Under the pieces are notes generated by a model. That model had not been told where the DNA came from, searched no databases, and saw nothing but the letters and a program-made list of their open reading frames with translations. This document shows positions 18,551-29,200 of a DNA stretch of 64,000 nucleotides, piece after piece. Source of the DNA: Nannocystales bacterium (GTDB lineage: Bacteria > Myxococcota_A > Polyangia > Nannocystales > Nannocystaceae); assembly GCA_050633305.1 (NCBI GenBank), contig JBOEGF010000008.1:32001-96000 (forward strand). The letters are read 5' to 3'. Every line of letters begins with the position of its first letter. Position 1 is the first letter of the stretch. The position numbers and the translations under genes are program-made.

Positions 18551-19297
18551 GTGAACGAACGGCAAACACTGTTCTTGGCCCCTGTAGGGGCTCCTGCGCC
18601 CAGGAACGCAGCGTCTACGGTCGCGAAATCGCGCCTGGCCGAGGTGCTGATGCAGTTGCCGGTATCTGTCCTTTTGGTGCACCCCTCGGGCCTCGTCGCA
18701 TTCGCGAACGATACCGCGATCCAGGCGACTGGCCGAACACCGCTTGTCGGTACAAGCATCGAATCTGTTCTGGCACCGCTCGAGACCCTACGCTCCGTCG
18801 AGCGAGCGCAGACGAACGTCGGCTACACAGTGGCTGACATCGCCCCTTCCGAGGACGGAAGTCTCTGTGCCGTGGTCGTGCACGACATGCCGCGCGCGCT
18901 CCAGCGAATCGGAGCGTGCGACGGCACATGTGATGGTTCCAACACCGCTGGGATCTGCACGCTGTGCTGGGAGCAAAACCTCCTGAAGGTCGTCGGACAC
19001 AGTGGCCCCAACCCCAAAGAGGAAGCGCTCGCGTTCTGCAACAGCGCGGTCGGGCAAGCGGATGTAGCGACGGATGCCGAGGCTGCTCCTATCCCACCGC
19101 CGCCCACCTGGCACGACGAGCAACGGGACTTCGACCAGCTGGTGAGCGATGGCGCCGAAGCGCTCCTCACCAAGGAGTACCGCGCCGCGCTGGAAGCTTA
19201 TGAGATGGCCGCCCGCCTGCGGCCCGACGCACCCCGAATCCAGATGATCCGGGGAAACCTTGAACGGCTTCGCGAGCTCGTCGCCGCCTCAGACTGA
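18551..19297 (+). CDS. PAS-like domain, Cys cluster and C-terminal TPR-like helices
   Basis: LMQLPVSVLLVHPSG.V.FAN PAS start; CDGTC...CTLC; GAEALL.KEYRAALEAYE.A..LRPD TPR. Start uncertain (18407-18649). Confidence 0.65.
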   Translation: MNERQTLFLAPVGAPAPRNAASTVAKSRLAEVLMQLPVSVLLVHPSGLVAFANDTAIQATGRTPLVGTSIESVLAPLETLRSVERAQTNVGYTVADIAPSEDGSLCAVVVHDMPRALQRIGACDGTCDGSNTAGICTLCWEQNLLKVVGHSGPNPKEEALAFCNSAVGQADVATDAEAAPIPPPPTWHDEQRDFDQLVSDGAEALLTKEYRAALEAYEMAARLRPDAPRIQMIRGNLERLRELVAASD

Positions 19298-19321
19298 TTC
19301 GAGACAGAAAGCAGGAACGAA

Positions 19322-19687
19322 GTGTCCAGGATCGATAACCTCAACAAAGTACTCCGAGACCTCCAATCTGGCGGTCCCGACGTCGAAGCCAGCGCGTTGA
19401 TCAGTGAAGACGGGCTGATGATCGCCAGCGCCCTGCCCCAACACGTCGAAGAAGCTCGTGTCGCAGGCATGACGGCCACACTGCTGGGGCTAGGAACCCG
19501 CGCGGCAAACGAGCTGGCCCGGGGCGACCTCGAAGAAGTCCTCATCCGTGGCAAGGACGGATACGCGTGCATGATGGCCGCCGGCTCCGGGACGCTGCTG
19601 CTCGCCATGACGACACGCCAGGCGAAGCTCGGACTTCTCTTTCTCGACATGCGCCGCGCCGTCGAAGACATCCGACGCGTTCTGTGA
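19322..19687 (+). CDS. Roadblock/LC7 (MglB-like) protein
   Basis: ASALISEDGLMIAS...ELARGDL..V.I.G..GY...KLGL.FLDM. Confidence 0.92.
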   Translation: MSRIDNLNKVLRDLQSGGPDVEASALISEDGLMIASALPQHVEEARVAGMTATLLGLGTRAANELARGDLEEVLIRGKDGYACMMAAGSGTLLLAMTTRQAKLGLLFLDMRRAVEDIRRVL

Positions 19688-19694
19688 TCCGGTC

Positions 19695-20285
19695 ATGACA
19701 CCCACAGGCATCGCGGGGGAGAACAGCCCGCTCTGGCTGAGTACCGGCCTCGTCACCCTTGGATTGATGGGCTGGCTCGCGGCCGGTGTCGCAGCGCCCA
19801 CCGAACCCGGCGAGACTCGAGGGGTTCGCAAGGCAGCACCCGCACTAGCGGCTGTTGTGTCCGAGCCCGAGCCCCAGCCCCAGCCTATCGCCAAGCTCGA
19901 CACCCCGACGCCACCGAAGCCGGTCCCCGAACCGTGTGCGCCAGTTGTGGAGTTGCAGTTTGCCTCCGGGTCCAGCGACGTCGCCGACGCGACCGCACTG
20001 GAGACGATCCTCGCGGCAGCGGAACGCTTCAGCGACCGGAAGATCGTGGTCGAGGGATACGCCAGCGCAACCGGCTCGCCCCACCGCAACCTCGAACTGA
20101 GTCACCGCCGCGCCGGCCGAGCCAAGGCCAAGCTGGTCGCCGCAGGCATCGCCAACAAGCGTGTGCGTGTGCAGGCGTTCGGTGAGTACCGCCCCAACCT
20201 CGCAGGCGATGCGGACCAAGACCGAAGGGTCCTGATCAGGCTCGAGGGGCTGCCGTCCTGCCCAACGCCACAAGGAGACGAGTGA
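19695..20285 (+). CDS. Membrane-anchored OmpA/MotB-like peptidoglycan-binding protein
   Basis: N-terminal TM, Pro-rich linker, FASGS, VEGYAS..G...NLELS.RRA, FGE..P, DRRV. Confidence 0.9.
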   Translation: MTPTGIAGENSPLWLSTGLVTLGLMGWLAAGVAAPTEPGETRGVRKAAPALAAVVSEPEPQPQPIAKLDTPTPPKPVPEPCAPVVELQFASGSSDVADATALETILAAAERFSDRKIVVEGYASATGSPHRNLELSHRRAGRAKAKLVAAGIANKRVRVQAFGEYRPNLAGDADQDRRVLIRLEGLPSCPTPQGDE

Positions 20286-20289
20286 AGCC

Positions 20290-21174
20290 ATGATGACGAG
20301 TGTTCTACTGGGGCTCTTCGGAGCCATTGCGACCGGGACCGGCGGCTACCTGCTCGGAGCCCGAGCCGGGCGAGACTCCCGCCGCGCGTTGGAGGGACGC
20401 GTCGACGAGGCACGGGTCCAGACCGAAGCGCTCTCGCAGGAGCTCGCCCAGTCTCGTCTCCAGCTCGCGGCGGCGCAAACCCGCGCCGAGCAGCAAGACA
20501 CCAACAGCCAACAGGTGGCGAGTCAGGTCCGTACGTTGCTCGGGCCCATCGTCGGCGCGCAAGAGACCGCCACGGCAAAGCTTCAGGCCCAGATGCAAGC
20601 GCTCGCCGACCGCGTCGTCGGCGGGGACGGCAGTGTTGAACAGCTCGACGCACTCCGCAGAGAGGTCCAACACACGCTCGCTCCCCTTCTCGAGAAAGAC
20701 CGAAAGAGCGAGGGGCTGCACAAGATGATGCTCGACGTCCTGGGTCCGCTGATGGAAAAGGAGCGACGGGCACACGGGCTCACACTCGTCAGCCCCAACC
20801 GACGAAGCCGGCATGAGCTACCCAAGCTCCTCGACACGCTCGCTCAACGCGGGGGGTTCGCGACGGTTCTCCTCAGCGACGAGATGGGCTTGCCGCTCGC
20901 GGCCAGTGCTGCCGCTCGCGATGCGGACGTCCTCGCAGGGGTGTCCTCCCTCGTGTTCTCCCTGACCGACCGCGTCGTACGCTCGGGAGGACCGGCTCCG
21001 TTGGCGGTCCTCCTGCGTGACGCGTCCAACCAGCGGATTCTGCACCGCATCTTCAGTGTCGACGGCGAACGCTACCTGGTGACCGCAGTGTCCAGGGGCG
21101 GAACGCTCACGACCGACGCACTCGACCCCGCTCTGGCCGCACTCGAGGACATCCTCGGAACCCAGGCCGCCTAG
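20290..21174 (+). CDS. TM, coiled-coil and C-terminal roadblock-like domain protein
   Basis: N-terminal hydrophobic helix, Q/E-rich coil, GFATVLLSDEMGLPLAAS. Confidence 0.75.
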   Translation: MMTSVLLGLFGAIATGTGGYLLGARAGRDSRRALEGRVDEARVQTEALSQELAQSRLQLAAAQTRAEQQDTNSQQVASQVRTLLGPIVGAQETATAKLQAQMQALADRVVGGDGSVEQLDALRREVQHTLAPLLEKDRKSEGLHKMMLDVLGPLMEKERRAHGLTLVSPNRRSRHELPKLLDTLAQRGGFATVLLSDEMGLPLAASAAARDADVLAGVSSLVFSLTDRVVRSGGPAPLAVLLRDASNQRILHRIFSVDGERYLVTAVSRGGTLTTDALDPALAALEDILGTQAA

Positions 21175-21182
21175 GAGACGAA

Positions 21183-21959
21183 ATGGACCCTTCAAAGACC
21201 GCAACCCTCTTCGAATCCGCTGACCACAAGAATCTGTTGTTCCCCGAGTTCGGCGGCGACGGGGACCTGGCCGTGCAGGCCAACCAGTACATGATCGTCC
21301 ACGGCTCCGAAGCCATGATCCTCGACCCGGGGGGGCATAAAGTCTACTCCAAGGTCCTAGGCGAGGTGTTCGCACAGCTGGGCCGGGGGAAGCTCGCTTC
21401 GATAGTGCTCTCCCATCAAGACCCCGACATCGTCGCGGCGATCAACGGCTGGCTCACAACCACCGATGCGGTCGCCTACGCGTCGGCGCTTTGGACTCGC
21501 TTCATCCCCCACTTTGGTCTCGACCACCTGATGGCGGAGCGCCTGCTTCCGGTGCCGGACGAGGGCCAGTGGATCGACGTTGGAGGAGCCCCGATCGCGT
21601 TGCTTCCCGCGCACTTTCTCCACTCCTGCGGCAACCTTCAGGTCTTCGACCCCACCGCCAAGATCCTGTACACCGGCGACCTCGGCGCCTCGCTCGGGCA
21701 GGACTACCGCGAGGTGACCGACTTCGATGCCCACATCCAGTACATGGAGGGCTTCCACCGCCGCTACATGGCTGGAAACGCGGTCATGAAGGCCTGGGCC
21801 AACATGGTACGTCCACTCGACCTCGACATCATCGCTCCGCAGCATGGTGCGGTGTTCAAGGGCAAGGAGATGGTCAGTCGCTTCATCGACTGGTGTGCCG
21901 GCCTCGAGTGCGGCGTGGATGTCATCGGTTCGAACTTCGTCGTGCCCCCGCAGGCCTAG
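21183..21959 (+). CDS. MBL-fold oxygen-binding di-iron protein (ODP-like)
   Basis: NQY.I, DPGG, SHQDPD, PAHFLHS.GN, TGD, FHRRYM, APQHG; no flavodoxin domain. Confidence 0.85.
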   Translation: MDPSKTATLFESADHKNLLFPEFGGDGDLAVQANQYMIVHGSEAMILDPGGHKVYSKVLGEVFAQLGRGKLASIVLSHQDPDIVAAINGWLTTTDAVAYASALWTRFIPHFGLDHLMAERLLPVPDEGQWIDVGGAPIALLPAHFLHSCGNLQVFDPTAKILYTGDLGASLGQDYREVTDFDAHIQYMEGFHRRYMAGNAVMKAWANMVRPLDLDIIAPQHGAVFKGKEMVSRFIDWCAGLECGVDVIGSNFVVPPQA

Positions 21960-21976
21960 CGAAGAGTCGGGGTGCC

Positions 21977-22852
21977 TCAGGGCTGGCCTTCGGTGGCCGC
22001 GAGGATGTCGGTCGCGTGCACGTGTGCCATGTCATCCGCCAGCTCGCGCAGCAGAGCCTCGAAGGTCCCGGCGTCCTGGGGCACGGCGGACTCGCGCCAC
22101 TCTTCCGACAAGGCGAGGCGTCCTCGCAACGCCGCGGAAAACACATCGAGCCAGGTCGGTGCGCTGAACGTGAAGTTGAGTGAGACCGCATCGGTGCTCG
22201 CGTGGGTGGCGTGCCAGATGCCCCGCGGGACGAAGAGCACGGAACCCGGCTCGAGGACGATTTCGGTGCAGTCCTCCGGCAGCCCGGCAGGCATTGGAAG
22301 CCGGGCATAGGACGCGAGTTCGGGGTCGAGCGGCTGGCCGAGCCTGTGGCGGGTCATCGGCGCGCTGACGTTGTGGTTGGGCGCGAGAAACCACCGCTTC
22401 GTGCCGTGCAGCTGCAGCACGAAGTTCACGTTCTGGTCGAAGTGTGTCGCCGTGCCCGTGCCCCCCGGTGTCGCGTAGACCAAGCACCGCTCCTGTGTGA
22501 GCGCGGAGAATCCAAGCTCAGCCCGGATCGCCTCGAGCCAGGGGATGAGTCCCGGCACCTGCAACTGCACCTCGCTGAACAGCAGCGTCCTGCCCTGCGC
22601 GAACAGCTCCTGAGCATCGTCGGCACCCACCATGCTCGAGCTGGCTTCATCCGCCACCTCGGGGTCGAACACTTCGACCGGGTCCGGCCACCCTGCAAGC
22701 AGGCTCTCCAGCGAGCCGAGCAGAGGTCGTGCCCGGAGTTCAGAGTTCGACGACTGCGCACCGTGGACCACGAACGGCTCGCCGCCTCGCATGTGCTCGA
22801 GCAGCTCCTCGGCGGAGTGCGGAAAGATCAACGCTTCAATGCCTGGGCTCAT
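21977..22852 (-). CDS. JmjC/cupin Fe(II)-2OG oxygenase
   Basis: HFD...QLHGTKRW...PGSVLFVPRG.WH.T (HxD...H). Confidence 0.88.
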   Translation of the reverse strand: MSPGIEALIFPHSAEELLEHMRGGEPFVVHGAQSSNSELRARPLLGSLESLLAGWPDPVEVFDPEVADEASSSMVGADDAQELFAQGRTLLFSEVQLQVPGLIPWLEAIRAELGFSALTQERCLVYATPGGTGTATHFDQNVNFVLQLHGTKRWFLAPNHNVSAPMTRHRLGQPLDPELASYARLPMPAGLPEDCTEIVLEPGSVLFVPRGIWHATHASTDAVSLNFTFSAPTWLDVFSAALRGRLALSEEWRESAVPQDAGTFEALLRELADDMAHVHATDILAATEGQP

Positions 22853-23035
22853 GGGCCGCTTCGCCTCGCGGCAACATCCCACAGCGCCGTGGTCAAGAAC
22901 ACCGCCGCGTCGGTCCCGAACCGCGGGAACCGAGCGCGAACAACGCCTCGGGGTACGGCCGCACAGCGTCTTTGTGAACATGAATCGACCGTCCCGACCG
23001 TACACTGCGACCGACGAGCCTGAGACAGGAGACAA

Positions 23036-26000
23036 ATGGCCTTTCGCGACTGGTTAGTTCAAGGGGTACTCATCACCGGAGTTGTCGCATGCGGCAACGA
23101 GGGTGCAGTGTCCCCATCCGATGGTGGCACAAGCACGGGGGGCGAAACAGGAGGCCCTCCGCCAACACCGATCGGCTCGACCGGGGGCGAGACCGGGACG
23201 GTCGACGACTCGGAGGACGGGTCGACGACCGCACCCGACGCTGAAACCACAAGTGGCGCCGAAGACACGTCCCAAGGTGGTTCGACGGATGGAGACAGTA
23301 CCGGCCAGCAGTCCCCAGAATGCGGCAACGGTATCCTCGAGGACGGCGAAGAATGCGACGACGGACCCGGCAACGCCAATACCGCGGCGTGCAAAGAAGA
23401 CTGCACAGTCCAGTCTTGCCCGGATGGCTTCGTCGGCCCGGGGGAGGAATGCGACGACGGAGACGGCACCAACTGGAACGAGTGCACCAACACCTGCACG
23501 CTTCCTTTCTGCGGTGACCAGCTGACCTCAATCGGAGAGGAGTGTGACGACGGCAACACCGACGACGACGATGGATGCTTGTCGACGTGCGTCGACGCCA
23601 GTTGCGGTGACGGTTTCATCCACAGCGGGACCGAGGAGTGCGACGACGGCAACCTGATCGACACCGACAGCTGCCGGTCCGACTGCACCCAAGCGTTCTG
23701 TGGCGACAGCGTGATCTGGGAAGGCGTGGAGACCTGCGACGACGGCAACCTCTCCGACACCGACGCGTGCCCGACATCATGCGTCCCGGCATTCTGTGGC
23801 GACGCCTTCGTACAATCGGGCGTCGAGGCCTGTGATGACGGCAACCTGATCGACACGGACGCGTGCCTGGCGAGCTGCCAGACGGCCACCTGCGGAGACG
23901 GCGTGATCTGGGAGGGCACCGAGACCTGCGACGACATGAACCTCGCGGACGACGATGCCTGCCCATCGACGTGCGCCCCCGCGTTCTGCGGAGACGGGTT
24001 CATCTGGGCGGGGGTGGAGACCTGCGACGACGGGAACATCGACGACACCGACAGCTGCCCTACGTCCTGCAGCCCCGCATTTTGCGGCGACGGCTTCGTG
24101 GAGGCTGCCAACGAGGCCTGTGACGACGCGAATGCGGACAACACCGACGACTGCCTCGACGACTGCACGGTCGCCTCGTGTGGAGATGGGTTCGTTCAAC
24201 TCGGGGTCGAGGAGTGCGACGACGGCGGCATCATCGACGGCGACGGTTGCGAGAGCGACTGCACAATCACGCCAGACCCATGCGGTCCTCCCGGGCAAGT
24301 TCTGTTCGTCGACGACGACGCGACTGGGGCCAACGATGGCTCGTCTTGGGACGACGCGTACACCTCGGTGTTCTTCGCGTTGCTGGCCGCCGAGTCCAAC
24401 GACGAGCTCTGGATCGCCCAAGGGAACTACCACCCGATCGCAGCCAACGCGCCTGTGGCAAGCCTGACGACGTGCGTCGATGTGTACGGCGGCTTCCTCG
24501 GAACCGAGGCCGACGTCGACGACCGCCCCACGCCACTGGCACCGACGGTCTTCGACGGCGACTTCAACCTGGACGATGGTGCTGCGATGCTGGACGACAA
24601 CGCGTTCCATGTCATCGCCGCGACGTCGGTCACCAACGTATTGGTCGACGGTGTGATCGTGACCGGCGGACACGCCACCGGAGCAGGCGAGAGCAGCCGC
24701 GGAGGAGGGGCGATCGTCGCGGACTCCGACATCACCCTCGACAACACGACCTTCGTCGCAAACACCGCGACAGGACGTGGCGCCGGACTCTACGCCGACC
24801 AGTCCACCGTTGACGTCACGTTCTCAACGTTCGACTCGAACACCACCGATGCTGACGGAGGAGGCCTCTGTGGCGACACGGCGTCGGTCGTCGCGGTCGA
24901 CAACAGCACGTTCATCGAGAACAACGCTGCTCGCGGCGGTGGCATTGCGCTGAGTTCCGCGACACTCACGGTGACCGACTCGTTGTTCGAGGACAACACC
25001 GCATCGTCTACGAGTTCCTCAGCGGGAGGCGGCGCGCTCTATGCCGATTCAAGCTCCACGACGGTGGACCTCTCGACCTTCGTCGTGAACACGGCGCGCT
25101 ACGGGGGCGCGGTTCGGACCTCGAATGGGACGCTCGATATCTCCGACTCGGTGTTCGACGGGAACACGGCTTCATCGAACGGCGGAGCAATGTACACCCT
25201 CAGTGCCAGCACGACGAGCGCCACGGTCTTCGTCGACAACTCGTCGGAGAGCTTCGGTGGCGCGGTATTCGTCGCAGACGTGTTTGGAAGCTCGCCCTCG
25301 GCGACCTTCGATGCCTGCCAATTCGAGACAAACATCGCCGGGAGTCAGGGCGGCGCTGCCTACCTCGCGGGCGACCACACAACCCTGTTGGACTCCACGT
25401 TCAACGGAAATACAGCGAACACGGGCGGCGCCATCTACGGTGGGTCGGGCGCCGACTTTTTCATCGCGGACTCGAGCTTCAACGACAACGCCGCATCGAG
25501 CGGTGGCGCTCTGTATACAGCCCTGTCGACGGCCAATGCCGAAGTGCTCCACAGCAACTTCACCGGCAACAGTGCCTCCAGCCGCGGCGGTGCGATCTAC
25601 GACGGGATGAGCTCCACCCGCCGACTCACGGTCTCGGATTGTGAGTTCCGAGACAACACAGCCGTGCTCTCCGGCGGCGCGCTCCGCGTCGTCGCAGGAC
25701 GGTTTACGGTGCGCGACTGCGGGTTCTCGCAGAACACGGCCGGGACCGACGGCGGCGCGATCTCGGCGCGCGGGGAGACAAACTCGTTGATCGCCAGCAC
25801 GTCGTTCTACGCCAACAGTGCTTCCGGGACCGGTGGTGGCATCTTCCTGTCGTCCAACGGGGCCGAGCTTCTTCCGATTCGCAATGTTGCGATCTGGGGC
25901 AACGGCACGGACATGGAGGGCGAAGGCAACGCTGCGATCTCTTACACCTGTAGCGAGGAGTTCCTCAGCGTCGGTGCCGGAAACACCTTGTCACTCGCCG

Positions 26001-26191
26001 ACCCCTTCGTGGTCGGTGACGCCGGAGAACTCTTCCTCGACCAAGCTTCGGCTTGTGTCGACGGCGGAAGCAACGTCGCCGCGAACGCGGACTACGGGGC
26101 CGACGGCACGAACTGGATCCTGCTCACAACGGCACAATCCGGCATGCTCGACGCAACACCCGTTGATATGGGCAGGCACTACCTCCCCTGA
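23036..26191 (+). CDS. Surface lipoprotein: Cys-rich DUF4215-type repeats and a PMP-like beta-helix
   Basis: VVAC lipobox, S/T/G linker, 10 C(G/P)(D/N)...E.CDD repeats, many FxxN...GGA(I/L/V) repeats. Confidence 0.9.
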   Translation: MAFRDWLVQGVLITGVVACGNEGAVSPSDGGTSTGGETGGPPPTPIGSTGGETGTVDDSEDGSTTAPDAETTSGAEDTSQGGSTDGDSTGQQSPECGNGILEDGEECDDGPGNANTAACKEDCTVQSCPDGFVGPGEECDDGDGTNWNECTNTCTLPFCGDQLTSIGEECDDGNTDDDDGCLSTCVDASCGDGFIHSGTEECDDGNLIDTDSCRSDCTQAFCGDSVIWEGVETCDDGNLSDTDACPTSCVPAFCGDAFVQSGVEACDDGNLIDTDACLASCQTATCGDGVIWEGTETCDDMNLADDDACPSTCAPAFCGDGFIWAGVETCDDGNIDDTDSCPTSCSPAFCGDGFVEAANEACDDANADNTDDCLDDCTVASCGDGFVQLGVEECDDGGIIDGDGCESDCTITPDPCGPPGQVLFVDDDATGANDGSSWDDAYTSVFFALLAAESNDELWIAQGNYHPIAANAPVASLTTCVDVYGGFLGTEADVDDRPTPLAPTVFDGDFNLDDGAAMLDDNAFHVIAATSVTNVLVDGVIVTGGHATGAGESSRGGGAIVADSDITLDNTTFVANTATGRGAGLYADQSTVDVTFSTFDSNTTDADGGGLCGDTASVVAVDNSTFIENNAARGGGIALSSATLTVTDSLFEDNTASSTSSSAGGGALYADSSSTTVDLSTFVVNTARYGGAVRTSNGTLDISDSVFDGNTASSNGGAMYTLSASTTSATVFVDNSSESFGGAVFVADVFGSSPSATFDACQFETNIAGSQGGAAYLAGDHTTLLDSTFNGNTANTGGAIYGGSGADFFIADSSFNDNAASSGGALYTALSTANAEVLHSNFTGNSASSRGGAIYDGMSSTRRLTVSDCEFRDNTAVLSGGALRVVAGRFTVRDCGFSQNTAGTDGGAISARGETNSLIASTSFYANSASGTGGGIFLSSNGAELLPIRNVAIWGNGTDMEGEGNAAISYTCSEEFLSVGAGNTLSLADPFVVGDAGELFLDQASACVDGGSNVAANADYGADGTNWILLTTAQSGMLDATPVDMGRHYLP
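23321..24263 (+). repeat. Ten intragenic cysteine-rich repeats of about 32 aa
   Basis: Recurring CGDG.....E.CDDGN...D.C...C units. Confidence 0.9.
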
Positions 26192-26270
26192 TCTGTCGCC
26201 CTGCCAAACTGGGTCTCCCAGGCCTACGGGGCGTCTGTAGCCCGCGGCCCGGGAGGCCCCAGCGCCACCG

Positions 26271-29200
26271 CTACGGCGTCAGCGCACCGGCGTCTTCCTC
26301 AGGAGCCATTTCGGCGGGCGCCGCAGGCATCTCCATCAACGGCGAGCGTGTCCCCGCGATGGTGCCGTCCTTGTGCTTCACGGCAAACGCCTTGCCGTCA
26401 AACGTGATCGTGATGCGCGTGTAGGCCACAGGCCGGCTCATCGCCTCGCCCGTCTGTCGTACCGTGAGCTCGGGCAGCCCGGCCGCGGGTGCGGCCAGCG
26501 CGAACAGACCCGTATCACCGGCGATGATCGGGTCCCCCAGATGCCCCGCCGCCGTGGGATCCGCGTGGGTCAGGACGAGGTTTGCCGCCAAGTCCTCCCA
26601 AACCAGCAGCGTCCAGGTGGAAGGACCATCGAAGAGCTGCAGGCGTCGCAACTCTCGGGCGACGCTCTGCGCGGGGATATCGGCTGAATCAGTCGCCTGC
26701 TCGAGGATTCTGGCGAGGTAGGCGACAGCGTGGAGCCGCGCGAAACGCCGCGGATCGTTTGCACCCGGTCGGCCTTCGCCCGCGGCGATCTTCCGAAGCG
26801 TCCGCAAGGCCTCGTCGGTTCGGCCGGTCCCCGCGGCTGCCCGCGCAAGCCGAATGCCCGCCAGGGCATCGTCGGTCTGTAGCTCGACGAGGTCTTCGTA
26901 CTGCCGATACGCACCGTCGTACCAGCCGTGCCGCAGGAAGATGTCTCCGAGCAGTTTGCGGCTCGCCGCGCTGGTTGGGTCGAACTCGACGATCTCGGAG
27001 AACAGTCGCTGCGCTTCGTCGGTTTGTCCGTGCGCAACCATGATCTCCCCCAGCGATTGAGCCAACCCCGGGGTCATCAGCCCCTGCTCGCGCAGGCGAC
27101 GGCCACGCCCGACCGCTTGCTCGAGGCGGCCGCCTGCGACCAGCAACTCCAGCAACCGCAGCTCTCCTGCGGGGTCTCCCGGAGCCCGTGCGAGCGCGGC
27201 ACGGACCACACCGAGCTTATCGTCCAACGTAACCTCCAGGATTACCCGGCGGTCCACATCCGCCCAGTCGACGAGACTCCCAAACATCGCGCTGTCGACG
27301 GATGCGATCAGTGCGGGGTCGACCAAGCGACGCAGCAACGCCCGCGCGACGTAGCGAGCCGCGTCGGACTCGTCGTGGAAGTGGCTCAGCAACAGTTCGA
27401 TGTCGGCTTCACTCGCCGCGCTCGCCTGCAGGAGCCGTAGAAAGGTGCGCTGGTCCTTCCACCCCCGAATCTCGCAGCTTCCCGCCGCCGCTTCGTAGCT
27501 CTGCAGCGACTGCGTCATGGTCACAGCGCTTCCCAGACGTTTGCGCCACAGGATGCGTCGATGGGCGAGTCCCCGAGCCGAAGCGTCGCTGCACGGGAGC
27601 TTCCGGCCGCGCCGGACCGACGAGACGATTCGGCGACGCTCTCGCTGTGCCCTGGGCTGCACTTCGGCGATCTTGTCGATACGGGAGTCCTCCGTCACGC
27701 CTCCCCTCTTGCCACCTCCGGCGCCCCCGCCTCCCATGAGAGGATCGTCGCCGCTGCCAAGGTTGACCTTCTTCTTGCGAGTCTTGGTCGCTGGCGAAGG
27801 CGCCTCGAGCTTCGCCTTCGCCGCAAACTCCCGAGATTCCTCCTCCATCACCTTTCCGTCCGCTGCGCGTTGCGGCTCGGCGTCCACACTCGAAGCATCG
27901 ACACTCGCGACCGCAGCGTCTCCAGGGCTGCTCGCAACGTTCGAGACCTCCTCGTTCTTCGCGCCCTCCACCGCTTTTGCAGCCACGGCCTCGTCAGCGG
28001 ACGATCCGGAATCGCACCCAAACGGTGCACTGAAGAACCCTACAAGGATTCGCTCAGGGAGACTGGCGTCGTCCGCCAATCCTCGCTTGGTCGGGACCCG
28101 GTCGCGCAGGTTTGCGGTCAGCCGAACCCCGCCGATCTGACGCTGCCTTCGGACGATGCCAGCACTTGCGTAAGCCCGCTCGCTCTCCAGGGCCAAGATC
28201 GAAGTGTAAGGACTCATCAGCCCATACTCGAGGCCCAGCGACAACACCTTGCCGCGTACCGCTTCGGGGCCCCGGCTGTCCCCGAGCAGGCGCTCGATGT
28301 ACGCCGCGGCCCACAGTCGGGGCACGACCTGCTCCAGCACGCCCTTCGTTCGCTCGAGCTTGTGCACCTTCTCGAACGGCTCGCCCCCCAGCCGTCCACG
28401 AACTGTGACCTCGTCGGGAAGGTCGTAGTGCGTGCGTGCGAGGAGCACGAGTTCCTGGCCCCGAGAGAGTTTTCCGGTGGTGTTGACGAACACGTCGTCC
28501 AAGCCCTCTCCCAGCTCGACCTCGAGGTCGGTGATCGTGGGGGTCTTGAGAGCACCCGACAGCTCGAGTGCGCGGACGATCGCTTGCTCGGGCGACTGCA
28601 CACGCAGGTGAGTTCCACCGCCGATCCGCGCGAGGGCGTGAAGCAGAGCGTCGTCCACCTCCTGACCCACACCGACGGTGAACAGTCTCGCCCGAGACCC
28701 GGTCATGCTTCGGCGGAGTCGCTCGGCCAACGCATCGCCGGCCCGCTCCCCGCTCGTGGCCATCCCGTCCCCGACATAGACGACCGCGGGTTGATCGAGC
28801 CCGTGCACCCGCTCCAGCGCCTCCTCGAAGATCGCGCCGAGGTCCGTCGCACCGCCGGTCCCGTGCTCCGCAAGCCGCTCTAGAGCCGCCGAAACCGTAT
28901 CGGGGCTAGCCTTGGCAAGCCCCGCCTCGGGGTAGAGCACCTCCGCTCGGACATCCGCGCTGACGACCGCAAACTCGTCCCCTGCACTGAGACTGCGCAA
29001 GAACGCCTCCGCCACCGCAAGCCGGGTTTGATACTCCGCGGGGTCGCCGGCCGCCGACGTATCGACGACCACGACAACTTGCCCTTGCGGGGTCGGGACC
29101 TCGTCGAAGTCGAGTTCGGGGCTGTAACGAACCATCGCGTAGCGAGCTTGGTCGCCTCCGGGCTCGAGCATCGACAGACGCAGCGGTGGACGCTCGGTGC

